The notes under the pieces were generated by a model. That model saw nothing but the letters and a program-made list of their open reading frames with translations, was not told the DNA's origin and ran no database searches. From NCBI RefSeq assembly GCF_006345805.1, contig NW_021835522.1, positions 1 through 52,845 of the forward strand: DNA of 52,845 nt, read 5' to 3'. Of this stretch, positions 12,262 through 23,635 are shown in pieces. This DNA comes from Octopus sinensis. Its lineage: Eukaryota. Numbering within the stretch: the first letter of the stretch is position 1; the number at the start of each line of letters is the position of its first letter. The translations under genes and the position numbers were made by a program.

Positions 12262-12578
12262 AATAATAATAAATATTAGGGAATAAATCCAAATTTACAG
12301 GGAAAAATCAGATTTAGGATTGAATCCAATTTTATAGTAAAATATATACAATATTAATTAGAGACAAAACCACTATTATGCAAATCAAACAAAGAAAGAC
12401 TTAATCCAATACATAAAAAATTTTATATAAATTAATATAATTAAATATAATTAAGAATAATTAATTATATTTAATTATATTTAATTTATATAAAAATTTT
12501 TATGTATTGGATTAAGTCTTTCTTTGTTTGATTTGCATAATAGTGGTTTTGTCTCTAATTAATATTATATATATATAT

Positions 12579-12610
<32 letters not shown>

Positions 12611-12925
12611 TGTGTGTATGTATTATATAATAATAATAAATATTAGGAATAAATCCAAATTTACAGGGAAAAATCAGATTTAGGATTGAATCCAATTTTA
12701 TAGTAAAATATTATACAATATTAATTAGAGACAAAACCACTATTATGCAAATCAAACAAGAAAGACTTAATCCAATACATAAAAAATTTTATATAAATTA
12801 AATATAATTAAATATAATTAAGAATAATTAATTATATTTAATTATATTTAATTTATATAAAAATTTTTATGTATTGGATTAAGTCTTTCTTTGTTTGATT
12901 TGCATAATAGTGGTTTTGTCTCTAA

Positions 12926-12932
<7 letters not shown>
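12262..12932. repeat. Two tandem ~367-bp units, each ending in a ~215-bp AT-rich near-perfect palindrome (12351-12565 and 12718-12932)
   Basis: Each palindrome starts ATTAATTAGAGACAAAACCACTATTATGCAAATCAAAC and ends with its reverse complement. Confidence 0.9.
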
Positions 12933-12978
<46 letters not shown>

Positions 12979-13180
12979 TGTGTGTATGTATATATATATC
13001 ATCATCGTTTAGCGTCCGTTTTCCATGCTAGCATGGGTTGGACGGTTCTACTGGGGTCTGTGAAGCCAGAAGGCTTCATCAGGCCCAGTCAAAATCTGGC
13101 AGTGTTTCTACGGCTGGATGCCCTTCCTAACGCCAACCACTCCGTGAGTGTAGTGGGTGCTTTGTACGTGCCACCCGCAC

Positions 13181-13222
<42 letters not shown>

Positions 13223-13302
13223 TCTTTTACTCTTTTACTTGTTTCAGTCATTTGACTGCGGCCATGCTTGAGCACTGCCTTTAATCGAGCAACTTATTCT
13301 TT
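12778..13302 (-). repeat. Right arm of the inverted duplication
   Basis: Reverse complement of 10688-11198, including the asymmetric palindrome centre (AAGAAT vs ATTCTT). Confidence 0.9.
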
Positions 13303-13598
13303 GTAAGCCCAGTCCTTATTCTATCGTTCTTTTGTGCCGAACCGCTAAGTGAGGGTACGTAAACCAACCAGCATCGGTTGTCAAGCAATGCTAGGGGGAC
13401 ACAACACACAGACACCAAACACACACACACTTACATATATATACGACAGGCTTCTTCAGTTTCCGTCTACCAAATCCACTCACAAGGCATTGTTTCAGCC
13501 CCGGGGCTATAGCAGAAGACACTTGCCCAAGATGCCACGCATGGGACTGAACCCGGAACATGTGTTGGTTAGCAAGCTACTTACCACACAGCCACTCC
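13222..13598 (-). mobile_element. tRNA-derived SINE (same family as 25302-25680)
   Basis: Head GGAGTGGCTGTGTGG (A-box-like), GGGTTCAGTCC (B-box-like), TTGGGCAAGTGTCTT segment, tail CATGGCCGCAGTCAAATGACTGAAACAAGTAAAAGAG. Confidence 0.85.
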
Positions 13599-13630
<32 letters not shown>

Positions 13631-13711
13631 ATATATAATATATATATTATATTACATGTGTGTCCATCTAATATATGTATATATATATATATATATATTA
13701 ACATGTGTGTC

Positions 13712-13756
<45 letters not shown>

Positions 13757-13890
13757 ATAAATGAAAGAATGAGTCGAACGAAGATGTTAACAAATTCCTT
13801 TACTCTCGACATATGCTACCCAGGTATCGGTTCAAAACGATTTTCCATGCTGACGATAAACATAGGATAATTCATTCACCTATTTATATA

Positions 13891-14295
13891 TCTCTATATA
13901 TAAACTGAAATGCGTTTTTACCGCTTGGATCGCTTCAATGCCACTACATCCCGTCAATTCGCTCACAAATTTACAGGGACATGTAGAATGAGGTACGATG
14001 CTCGTGGGCTACCTTAGAAATCCCTAGCTTAAAAGGTGTGGTTGCTAGGGCCATCTTCCTCACTCACACTATTTCCTCCTTTCCCTCTCTTACTCCCTTC
14101 ATTAATAACTTTGAGAATGCTACCACCCCCGTTATTTAATGTATTCCCTCAACTCCCTTTCACTTTCCCTTTATAAGTTCGTCAGGCGGCTTTCTTTGAT
14201 GTAGCGTTTGCATTCATAGGGAGAATTATCATCGCTACCAAACAACACCAATCATGAGAACAAAATATTATGAATCAGATATTCTTGCGTTCATT

Positions 14296-14326
<31 letters not shown>

Positions 14327-16055
14327 TCTATTATAAATATGTATATATAATGTATGTTGTGTGTGTGTGTGTTCTATATATAAATATTATATATAATGTA
14401 TTGGTGTGTGTGTGTGCTTTCTATATATAAATATGTATATATAATGTATGTGTGTGTGTGTGTTCTATATATAAATATGTATATAATAATGTATGTTGTG
14501 TGTGTGTGTGTGTGTGTTTATATATAAATATGTATATATAATGTATATATACAAAGTGTATATATCTTTATTTATGTAATATTTAACTTTTTCGTAGTTA
14601 TTATATTTTTAAAACAAATTATAATATAATTTAATAATTTTTATTTTCAATTTAAATAATTTAAATTTTTCATTTTATATTTTCTATATTTTCTATATTA
14701 TATATTTTTTTAATGTTTTTGTTTTTGGTTTTTCACTGTTTGATTTGCCTATTAGTGGTTTTATCTCTAATTTAATTTATACAGATATATCTCATTTGTA
14801 TACATTGTATATATAATGCGTGCACACACACACACATATATATATATATATACACACATATATCATATATAATGTGTGCATTACGTAGTTGGTCGATTCA
14901 GCTGAAAATATGCACACCTATGTTAAAAGTGCTGGCAAGTTTGCATGACACTATTTTTTTTCCTCAATGAAAGGCGTCACCTCTAGGACAAAATTCCTCA
15001 TCTTATAAAATGTGGCCCCAGTAGACCCGAATGAAATCGGGTTATATTAACCAAAATGTGAAAAGGGGGTCTAAATGGGGGCTGGAAGGGGATTAAAATT
15101 TCAAGGAGCGGGTGTTTAGGAATTCTCTATTACATCAAGCTAAAAAATTTGCGCCAGCCTTTTAATCGTCAATGTGTTGCCATCCATGATAAAGAAGTTT
15201 TGAATGCTTGCCATGGTGAGTCTACTGTCGTGAGAAAGAATCACTTCAAAACTTGGTGTTCACGAATTTTCTTTTACATCAAGTTCAAAATTTTACGCCA
15301 GCCGTTCTGTCAATACTTTTGTCCGTCGTTAAGAATTGCCAGCCATGGTGACTCTACTATCCTCAGATTCTATCCCTTCAAACTTTCGTTTCCAATATTT
15401 ATTATTTTTATCAGCTCGCAAGTTCATCTGTCCCTTTTAAATGTTAGCGTTTGCTGTCTGCCTTGAAGCAGACCTTTCCATTGCCACTGCCTCATATTTC
15501 TGATTGATCTTTCTAAATATTTTATTTCTCAACTTACTCAGATCTTTTGTTTGTTATAAATGGGAGAGAGATAGATAAAGATAGAGAGTAAGAGAAAGCG
15601 AGGGAGAGTCCGAGAGAAAAGAAAAGTAAGAGAGTGGGAAAGTGAGAGAGAAAGGAGAGAGAAACAAATACGGAGAATCATCATCATCATCATGGTTTAA
15701 CGTCCGTTTTCCGTGCTAGCACGGGTTGGACAGTGTGACCGAGGTCTGGGAAGCCAGGAGGCTGCACCAGGATCCAGACTGATCTGGCAGTGTTTCTACA
15801 GGTGGATGACCTTCCTAACGCCAACCACTCTGTGAGTGTAGTGGGTGCTTTTTTCGTGCCTCCGGCACAGGTGCCAGGGGAGCTGGCAGCGGCAACGATT
15901 GGTTGGTGCTTTTTACGTGCCACCGGCACAGTAGCAAGTCAAGGCAGCGCTGCAATTGACCACGTTCGGATGGTGCTTTTTACGTGCTGAAAGGAAGCAA
16001 CAGAAAGTAACAACCACACTCATACCCGCGCGTAGAGCGGGTCACCTTCAGCTAG
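13891..16055 (+). mobile_element. Putative non-autonomous Helitron (with nested repeats)
   Basis: 5' A|TCTCTATATATAAA at 13890/13891. 3' hairpin ACCCGC-GCGTAGA-GCGGGT (16024-16042), 9 nt spacer, then CTAG|T (16052-16056). The 3' end is strong; pairing it with this 5' end is inferred. Confidence 0.6.
15680..15990 (-). mobile_element. RTE LINE 3' UTR fragment
   Basis: (CAT)n then GTTTAACGTCCGTTTTCCGTGCTAGCACGGGTTGGAC, shared with the other RTE tails. Confidence 0.85.
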
Positions 16056-16254
16056 TATATATATTAGAAAGACACACATGTTAATTAATTCAGTTTGTCT
16101 CATAATCAACAACTAACCCATCTCATAAGAAAACATTACTATACAAATCTAATACTCTTTCACTAATACAAGATATGTATACGTAGACGTTAAATCCATC
16201 TGCCAAATATTACAAACAATAGAGAGACTTAATTGTAATAAATTTAGAATTGTT

Positions 16255-16650
16255 CATCATCATCACCATCATCATCATCATTTAACGTCTGCTTTCCATG
16301 CTAGCATGGGCTGGATGATTTGACTGAGGTCTGGTGAACCAGATGGCTGCACCAGGCTCCAATCTTGATCTGGCAGAATTTCTACAGCTTGATGCCCTTC
16401 CTAACGCTAACTACTCCGAGAGTGTAGTGGGTGCTTTTACGTGTCACCAGCACAGGGGCCAGTCAGGCAGTACTGGCAATGACCTCACTCGAATCTTTTT
16501 ACACATGCCACCGGCACAGGTGCCAGTAATGCGACGCTGGTAACGATCACGCTTGAATGGTGCATTTTACGTGCCACCAGCATGGAAGACAGTTAGCTGC
16601 TCTGGCAATGAACACGCTCAGATGGTGCTCTTAGCACCCTATTAACATGG
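16255..16650 (-). mobile_element. RTE LINE 3' UTR fragment
   Basis: (CAT)n then TTTAACGTCTGCTTTCCATGCTAGCATGGG, plus degenerate VNTR units. Confidence 0.85.
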
Positions 16651-17949
16651 GGCACATATGTTAAAACAGAAAAGCTAGAAATGCTTAATTTACAGGTGAT
16701 ACCATTCTTCACTGCTTCTTAAACTGTCACACGCAGGTGTTAGCAACACAGATGTTTTATATAAATTCAACATAACCTCTATAATCTTGTTTATTTTAAC
16801 AGTATAATAAAAACGACATAATGCTCATAACAAAGAAACATTCTCCAACCAATTACCCCCTCTAGTCTTAAGCTGCATACAACTAAATCCTTAAGGTCAC
16901 CACACATTCTAAGCTTCTAAATTACTGAGTATCTCTCCTGGCAATCTCAAATCTATAAAATATCAAACAAGTGTGTCAAGGTGTTGTCTTCCTTTTTTGA
17001 ACCAGATCATACTTCAGCACTGTACAACTTTCTACAAAGTTCTTCATTGTGAGACCTTCAATTGATACGGTCTCCACAACAGGAAAGGGACTGCACTTAA
17101 ACATCAGAAATAACCTATATTACACAGAAATGAACACCAAGCATCTGGCTGGTCAAGATTTCTGTCTGCAAAAGCTCTATCTCCTGACTCTTATACATTT
17201 GCTGATAATACACTGGTCATTATTCTCTCATTAACAATTCTTTGTGTTCCACTCATTTCCAAACTAACCACTTTTCCAATACTTCCTCCTCAAGATGTTT
17301 ATCTCTCAAATCATATTCACACACATTACTCTTGTAACACTTATTCAAACTGGCATAACTTGTAGCTGATCAACCTGAACATTAGCCACATCTATCTAAG
17401 CAATCAACAAATGTAATTAATTAATTGCTTCATCATTATAGAAAGCATATAAAAATACAACAAATATATATCTATCATATGCTTGAGAAGTTATTGTTTC
17501 TATCATTTACTTCTCTTTCTTTTATATATAACTATTGCCTGATCTCCGCTGCCAACACAACGCTCCCATTTACTATTCTGCTTCTTCCTTCATCTCATTA
17601 AACGCTTTTCTACTTTCGTCATTTTCCTTCTTTTTCTTTCTCATTCTTTCATTTCCCCTGCCAATCTAATATTATCAATACCTTTTTCACTTCTCTCTTA
17701 CCTTTACTTTATCTCTCTTCTTCTAAAACCTATATAGAAAGGTAACAATTTAGTTTAAGACTCGCTTAATGTAGAGCTTCTGCTGAATACGTTGCTATGT
17801 GTATCAACCCCTAATACTGACATATCAGGTGATTGAAATTTATTTATCGAACTGAAATTGTGCAAATTTGAAATTATGTTAATTGATCAAATGTAATCTT
17901 TCATTTTAAATTAATCTCTTATTGTGTTTCCTCATTAATGATTGGTGGC

Positions 17950-19260
17950 CATGGAAATGCACCAAAGACACTTTATCAGTAGAATATTCGGATGTATCGC
18001 TTTTCATTGAATACCGGGGAAAGTTAATGAATTGAGAATCAATAGAGAGCAGAAATATGTAAAGTTCAATCTTTGTAAGTCATTTGTTGGAATAAAGCCC
18101 TGAGATTAATACTTCCCTTGGTAATGACTAATGGAATAGTACCAAGTGTGTCTGATTGGTGGTACTGACTTTCACTGAGAAGGAATTTGAAGCCAAGTAT
18201 TAGAATGTTTATGGTTTTACTAAATCTGAATGAAGGAAATGGTACAAAACTTATTTGAACAATAAAGCTTGAAGAAATAAGAATATAATGTTGATATATT
18301 AATTCAAATTCACTGAAAAGCAAAGGGAAGTGTCTTCTGCTATTTTTGATAGGGTTCAAGGACAAGACTCTGGAACTGGCTTCTTGGAACTTGATAGTAG
18401 AACTGGAAAGACATTGTTGTTTCAGTCTATTGCTTGCCAAAGTCTCTCAATATATCATCAAATGGAAATGCTGATAAGGATTAGTTTATTGTGGATCCCA
18501 ACTTGATTGGGAATGACCCACACACTGTGGTTTCAGGACCATCCTCTACAGAACATGTAGAATCAGATGGACAGTATCAGGTGAAGGAAATGGTAGACTG
18601 CCACTAACTCATAATTCTGAGTGGCACAATCGTAGACAGTATTGAAATCAATCATTGTAGCTGTTTATCTGCTTGTTTTTGTCATGGAGTCTTGAAAAGG
18701 TTGTCTATATTTCCGTCTGGGTTCACCGTCTTTGATTTATAAACATGAGTGACCATACAAGAGTAATAGATTGCTCTCAGAGTTACTGGACCATTCAAGC
18801 CCTCTTTTACAACATGAAATGGCTATCAACATAATACTACAGTAATTGCCGCTGTTTTCAGCTCTTGCTTCCACACTCTTCCAGGGAGAAATACAGCAAA
18901 TTCTGTTTTCAAGTTCCTGTAGGACTTGATGCACTTGTGTGCCAAATTGCCATGAGTTTGGAAGTCAACAATTCTTAAGAGATGCCAAATTATTGTCTTG
19001 GATTGTTAACACAATTATAAACAAAAGAGCTCTCGAGCTCTAGACAAATCAATAAAAAATAGAATGACAGTGGATCTCAAAAGGGTAGCTGTGTTGTTGT
19101 CAAGGACTTCTATCAGACCCTCCATTGATCCCAAAAGTAAAGAGCCAATAAAACCATGCCTGCCTTAATTTGGCATCACTTTAAACTAATATTAAAAATC
19201 TTTAAAGTGTTTAGGAACTTGAGAGCTAATCTTTTGGGGAGATCAACTTTTTGATCTAAT
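17950..19260 (+). pseudogene. Decayed Helitron-type PIF1 helicase coding region
   Basis: Collinear motifs with frameshifts: FTEKQREVSSAIFDRVQGQDSGTGFLELDSRTGKT (Walker A, TGKT 18402-18413), VIAAVFSS..LPGRNTANSVFK (18842-18913), FLRDAKLLSW..NKRALE (~18970-19040), VAVLL/DFYQTL (~19085-19120), IKPCL..IWHHFK, RNLRANLLG (~19215). Confidence 0.8.
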
Positions 19261-19939
19261 GAGAAGCTGTGATAAGATTAAAAAAAAAAAACAATGCAAG
19301 AGTTAAAAGCTGAAAATCATATTTATCTGAGAAACAAGAAAAAATAGAATTTTGTAAGATAGATAGTGGGTGGGAGACACTACGAGATTAGAAACATTTC
19401 GGATTGGAGGGAATAAGAACAGTAAAAGGATAAGAAAGAGCAAATAGATGAATCACTCAATTAGCCATATTAAGAAGAGGGACAAGAGGAGAAAGTGAGG
19501 CAGAAGAATGACCATGGAAATATTTATAAAATAGAGATAAAAAAATGCAATTCCACAATAATAAGATGGGATTGAAGTTTAGCTGCCAAAACAGGACCAA
19601 TAATGTCAGATACTTGCTTTAAACTCAACCAAGGAGATGAAGAATATCAGAAGGGATACCAGCCCAAAGGTGACATCAACATTCCCTAAATAAAAGTTAC
19701 ATAAAATATTTAGGAAAATGAAGAATATGTTTGGAAAAGAGAAAATGATATTTAAGTATGAGGACTAAGCTACATAGTGGCAGGTACTGGAGACAGATCC
19801 AGATATATTTCACCTTATTGTAACCTCATCAGCAAAACACTGACTCTACTGAATATATCACATCATCAATAGGAGAATCACTGAGTAAATGTTAATTGGT
19901 TGGCTTAAAAAAAATAGAATAGTTTAGATGTAAATATAT

Positions 19940-20152
19940 TGGTTTCCAATTTTGGTAAAAGGCCAGTAACTGCGAAGGAAGGATTAAGTTGATTTTATCA
20001 TTCCCAGTGCTCAACTGGTAATTAATTTATAGACCCCAAAAGGAGGAAAAGCAAAGTCAATATTAGTGGAATTTGAAGTTAGAACAAATAGGAGCTACGA
20101 AAGGTTGCTAAGTATTTTGACCAGCGTGCTAACAATTCTGCCTGCTCACTGC
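19940..20152 (-). mobile_element. Diverged SINE-like element of a second family
   Basis: Minus strand GCAGTGAGCAGGCAGAATTGTTAGCACGCTGG...TTCAAATTCC (B-box-like)...GACTTTGCTTTTCCTCCTTTTGGGGTC. Family recognition is from memory only. Confidence 0.5.
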
Positions 20153-20320
20153 TTTAGGTTAGATATAAATATATTAACAATAATTTAACTATTGCTTATA
20201 ACCGACTGATTCCCTGTTAAAAAAAATAATATGGCGTGTATGAAATTAACAAGGTATCCTTAGTATTTCATCTATGCTCCATATGTTTTATGTTTAGATT
20301 TGTCAGTAATAACAACTTAC

Positions 20321-20477
20321 CTGGAATATTCATTTCTGCAATAGTATATTCAAACATTCTTCTGAACTTATCTGGAGTACCATTTTCAACAAGGATAAAA
20401 TGTGAATGATTAGGATCCAAGTCATACAGCCATGCGAAAGGATTATCCCTTCTAAAATTCCTTACATACTGCGATCT
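20321..20477 (-). CDS. Internal exon of TRPM-family channel: RSQYVRNFRRDNPFAWLYDLDPNHSHFILVENGTPDKFRRMFEYTIAEMNIP
   Basis: Acceptor ttgatttgatttcTAG, donor GTaagt, 157 nt (phase 1 out, G+AG=Glu into exon 10093-10202). LDPNHSHFILV is a TRPM/SLOG hallmark. Confidence 0.92.
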
Positions 20478-20625
20478 CTAGAAATCAAATCAATATTTTA
20501 GTAATTATACTTGTTATCAAAATCATTGTCATATAAATATGTGTTGTGTTTGATCTGACATAGTAAAATATAAAACAATGAAGGATTGGTGGAAAGGGAA
20601 ACACAGAGAAATAGATAGATAGATA

Positions 20626-20656
<31 letters not shown>

Positions 20657-21149
20657 CGAGGGGAAGATGGAAGGAGGAGAAAAGAGATAGAAGAGAGAGA
20701 GAAGTATCAGAATATGGATTGAGTTTACTGAATGTGTTGGTGGGAGTTGTTTTTATGTTCACAGACATTAGAAAAGGAACACTAGTGAATTGCTATAGGA
20801 TGCATAATCACACAACATAAGGACAACATACCCACATACATTCTCCCTTCCAATACCAATATATGATACATATATACATACGGTTATATGAATACATGCA
20901 TACATAAATATGTACACATATATAAATGCATACACATATATTAAACTGGTACTCGGATAGAAGAGGTGCTTCAGTTGTTCTAATCAATGGAACAACATGG
21001 AGGTGAAATTAACGCACACGGGGATGAACACCCAATAACCTACATGCCCCGCATGGATTCCTCCTTGGAATCCGTACTGGAAGAATAGACAAGGAGATTT
21101 CAGACTTCCTCAACAAAGGATAATGGAAAAATTCACAAAGGAGCTTGAA

Positions 21150-21275
21150 GATTCATACATATACATATATATACTTATACATATATATACATATACATAT
21201 ATATACATATACATATATATATATATACATATATATATATACATATTATATATATACATATACATATACATATAC

Positions 21276-21307
<32 letters not shown>

Positions 21308-21688
21308 GCATATACATATATATACATAATATATATACATATAATATATATATATACATATATATACATATATATATACATATACATATATACACACATA
21401 TACATATAGGCTCGAAACGTTAAAGACTTTTTTATTTTATTTCCTGAGCCATACTAATACAATTGTTGTTGTTATTCCACCTGCCTTCATCTTTTTCTAT
21501 TTTCATAAAGCTTCCGTTATATATATATATATATGTATATTATATATATATATATATAACATATCTACTATATACATATATATATATAATATATATATAT
21601 ACCATAGATATATATAACATATATATACATATATATATATACATATATATGCATATATATATATATATTACATATATATAATATATAC

Positions 21689-21735
<47 letters not shown>

Positions 21736-21737
21736 CA
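21150..21737. repeat. (TA)n/(TACA)n microsatellite blocks flanking a short PLE-like fragment (~21408-21520)
   Basis: Direct reading. Confidence 0.9.
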
Positions 21738-23635
21738 TATAAGGAAGAGCAGACAAAGAAGCCTGGGCTATAGACAACATAAAATCTAACCCCCAGCTTT
21801 CTACAGGTATGCCAAAGAAACAGCTACGGACTGTAGATAGGGCCACTCCTTGAAAAGGTTGGCACACTCACAGGAAAACCAATGAGGGTAAGTGAAATAC
21901 TGAATGAGCAGTTCAAGAGTGTTTTCACTCCACCCCTTGGGCATTTCCAAATCACCAATCCAACTGACTTCTTTACCACTGCAGATATAAAATCAGTGGC
22001 AGCGACGATAGATTACATCGATATAAAGGAAGACGATGTAATAAAGGCTATAGATGAAATGAAAACAGACTCAGCTACTGGCCCCGATGGATTCCCGGCA
22101 ATCCTCCTAAAAGTATGTAAGAGAGTCCTACCAACACCACTGCAGTTCCTCTTTCAGAGCTTCCTTGCAACTGGCAGACTTCCAAGAAAACTGAAGGAAG
22201 GTAAATTATGCCCTATTCATAAAGGAGGTAGCAGAGCGGAGGCCAAGAACTACAGACCTATCTCTCTGACCTCACACATCAGCAAGGTCATGGAACGAAT
22301 AGTCAGAAGGAAACTGATCACCTTCCTTGAAGAAAATGACTTGCTGCCTGACACCCAACTGCTTAACTCAGCTCCTACAACACTATGACTGGGTGCTGAA
22401 ACGACTGCTCAACCACTCAAATATGGAAGTGATATATCTCGACTTAGCAAAGGCTTTTGATAAAGTCGATCATGGAATGATATATCACAAACTGCGTGAT
22501 CTTAGCATAGTTGGAAAACTGGGAGAATGGCTTCATGACTTTCTGAAAGATAGAAGTCAGGTGGTAGTAGCACTTCCATTAACACGCAAATAGTGAGCGG
22601 TGTTCCACAGGGCACTGTTTTGGGACCACTACTGTTCATAATGAGCCTCTCAGACATGCCCTCAGCCATGCAGAGAGCCACGATCACAAGTTATGCAGAT
22701 GACACAAAAGTTTCACAGGCAATACAGAACCCTGAGGACACTAAACGCCTGCAATTTGAGCTGGACAAAATATACAAGTGGGCTGAAAGGAATAGCATGC
22801 AGTTCAATGCTGAAAAGTTTCAAGCTTTATGCTATCAGCATGCAAAACTAAATGCAATACCCAATGAATACACTGGACCCGGAGGAATTGCAATCCCAGA
22901 GGCACAATCAGTGCGTGACCTGGGTATTTTCATGAGTGATGACGCAACCTTTCGTGTACATGTTGCTAAATTGGCAATGAAATGTAGACGACTGGCCGGA
23001 TTGATTCTCAGAACCTTTAGAACAAGAGAACAAGAAACCATGATGGTCCTCTGGAGGACACTTGTCCTAAGCCACTTTGACTATTGCTCTCAGCTATGGT
23101 CACCATCCAGTGTCAAGTTGATCACAGAACTTGAGGTGATCCAACATAGCTAAACGAAGAAGATAGCCTCTGTGCAGAATATAAGCTACTGGGAAAGACT
23201 CAAGAGATTAAAACTCTATTCCTTGGAGCGTAGGCGAGAAAGATATGCCATAATATACATCTGGAAGATCCTGGAAGGACATGTCCCACACTTTGGCATC
23301 GAGAGTTACACAAATGCCAGAACTGGGCGCCACTGCGTGGTGCCGAGGGCTCCAAATTTGCCATCAAGATGTAGGACAAGATACTGTGACAGCCTGGGCT
23401 GCCGAGGCCCCAGCTCTTCAATATCCTCCCGAAGAACCTAAGAGACCTGCATGGGGTGGTTGCAGATGTCTTTAAAAATGAACTGGATCCCTTCTTGTCA
23501 GGTATCACACACACGATGAACAACTTCGCGGCAGGAGGTGCAGATGAGGGCAGCTGCATCGAACTCTCTCATGCACCAAATGGCAGTTGCTAAAAAGTAT
23601 TCGTGAAGTAAAACCATGTAGCAACACCAAATGGC
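21738..23635 (+). mobile_element. CR1-like LINE family A, RT half (lacks the 3' tail)
   Basis: NYRPISLTSHISKVMERIV, DLAKAFDKVDH, SGVPQGTVLGPLLF, YADDTK, SYWERLKRLKLYSLERRR. Closely similar to ~50590-52518. Confidence 0.92.

Noticed and set aside
20940-21135. Possible Penelope ORF fragment ([11 protein letters not shown])
   Set aside because: Too short and interrupted by stops; no diagnostic RT or GIY-YIG motif.
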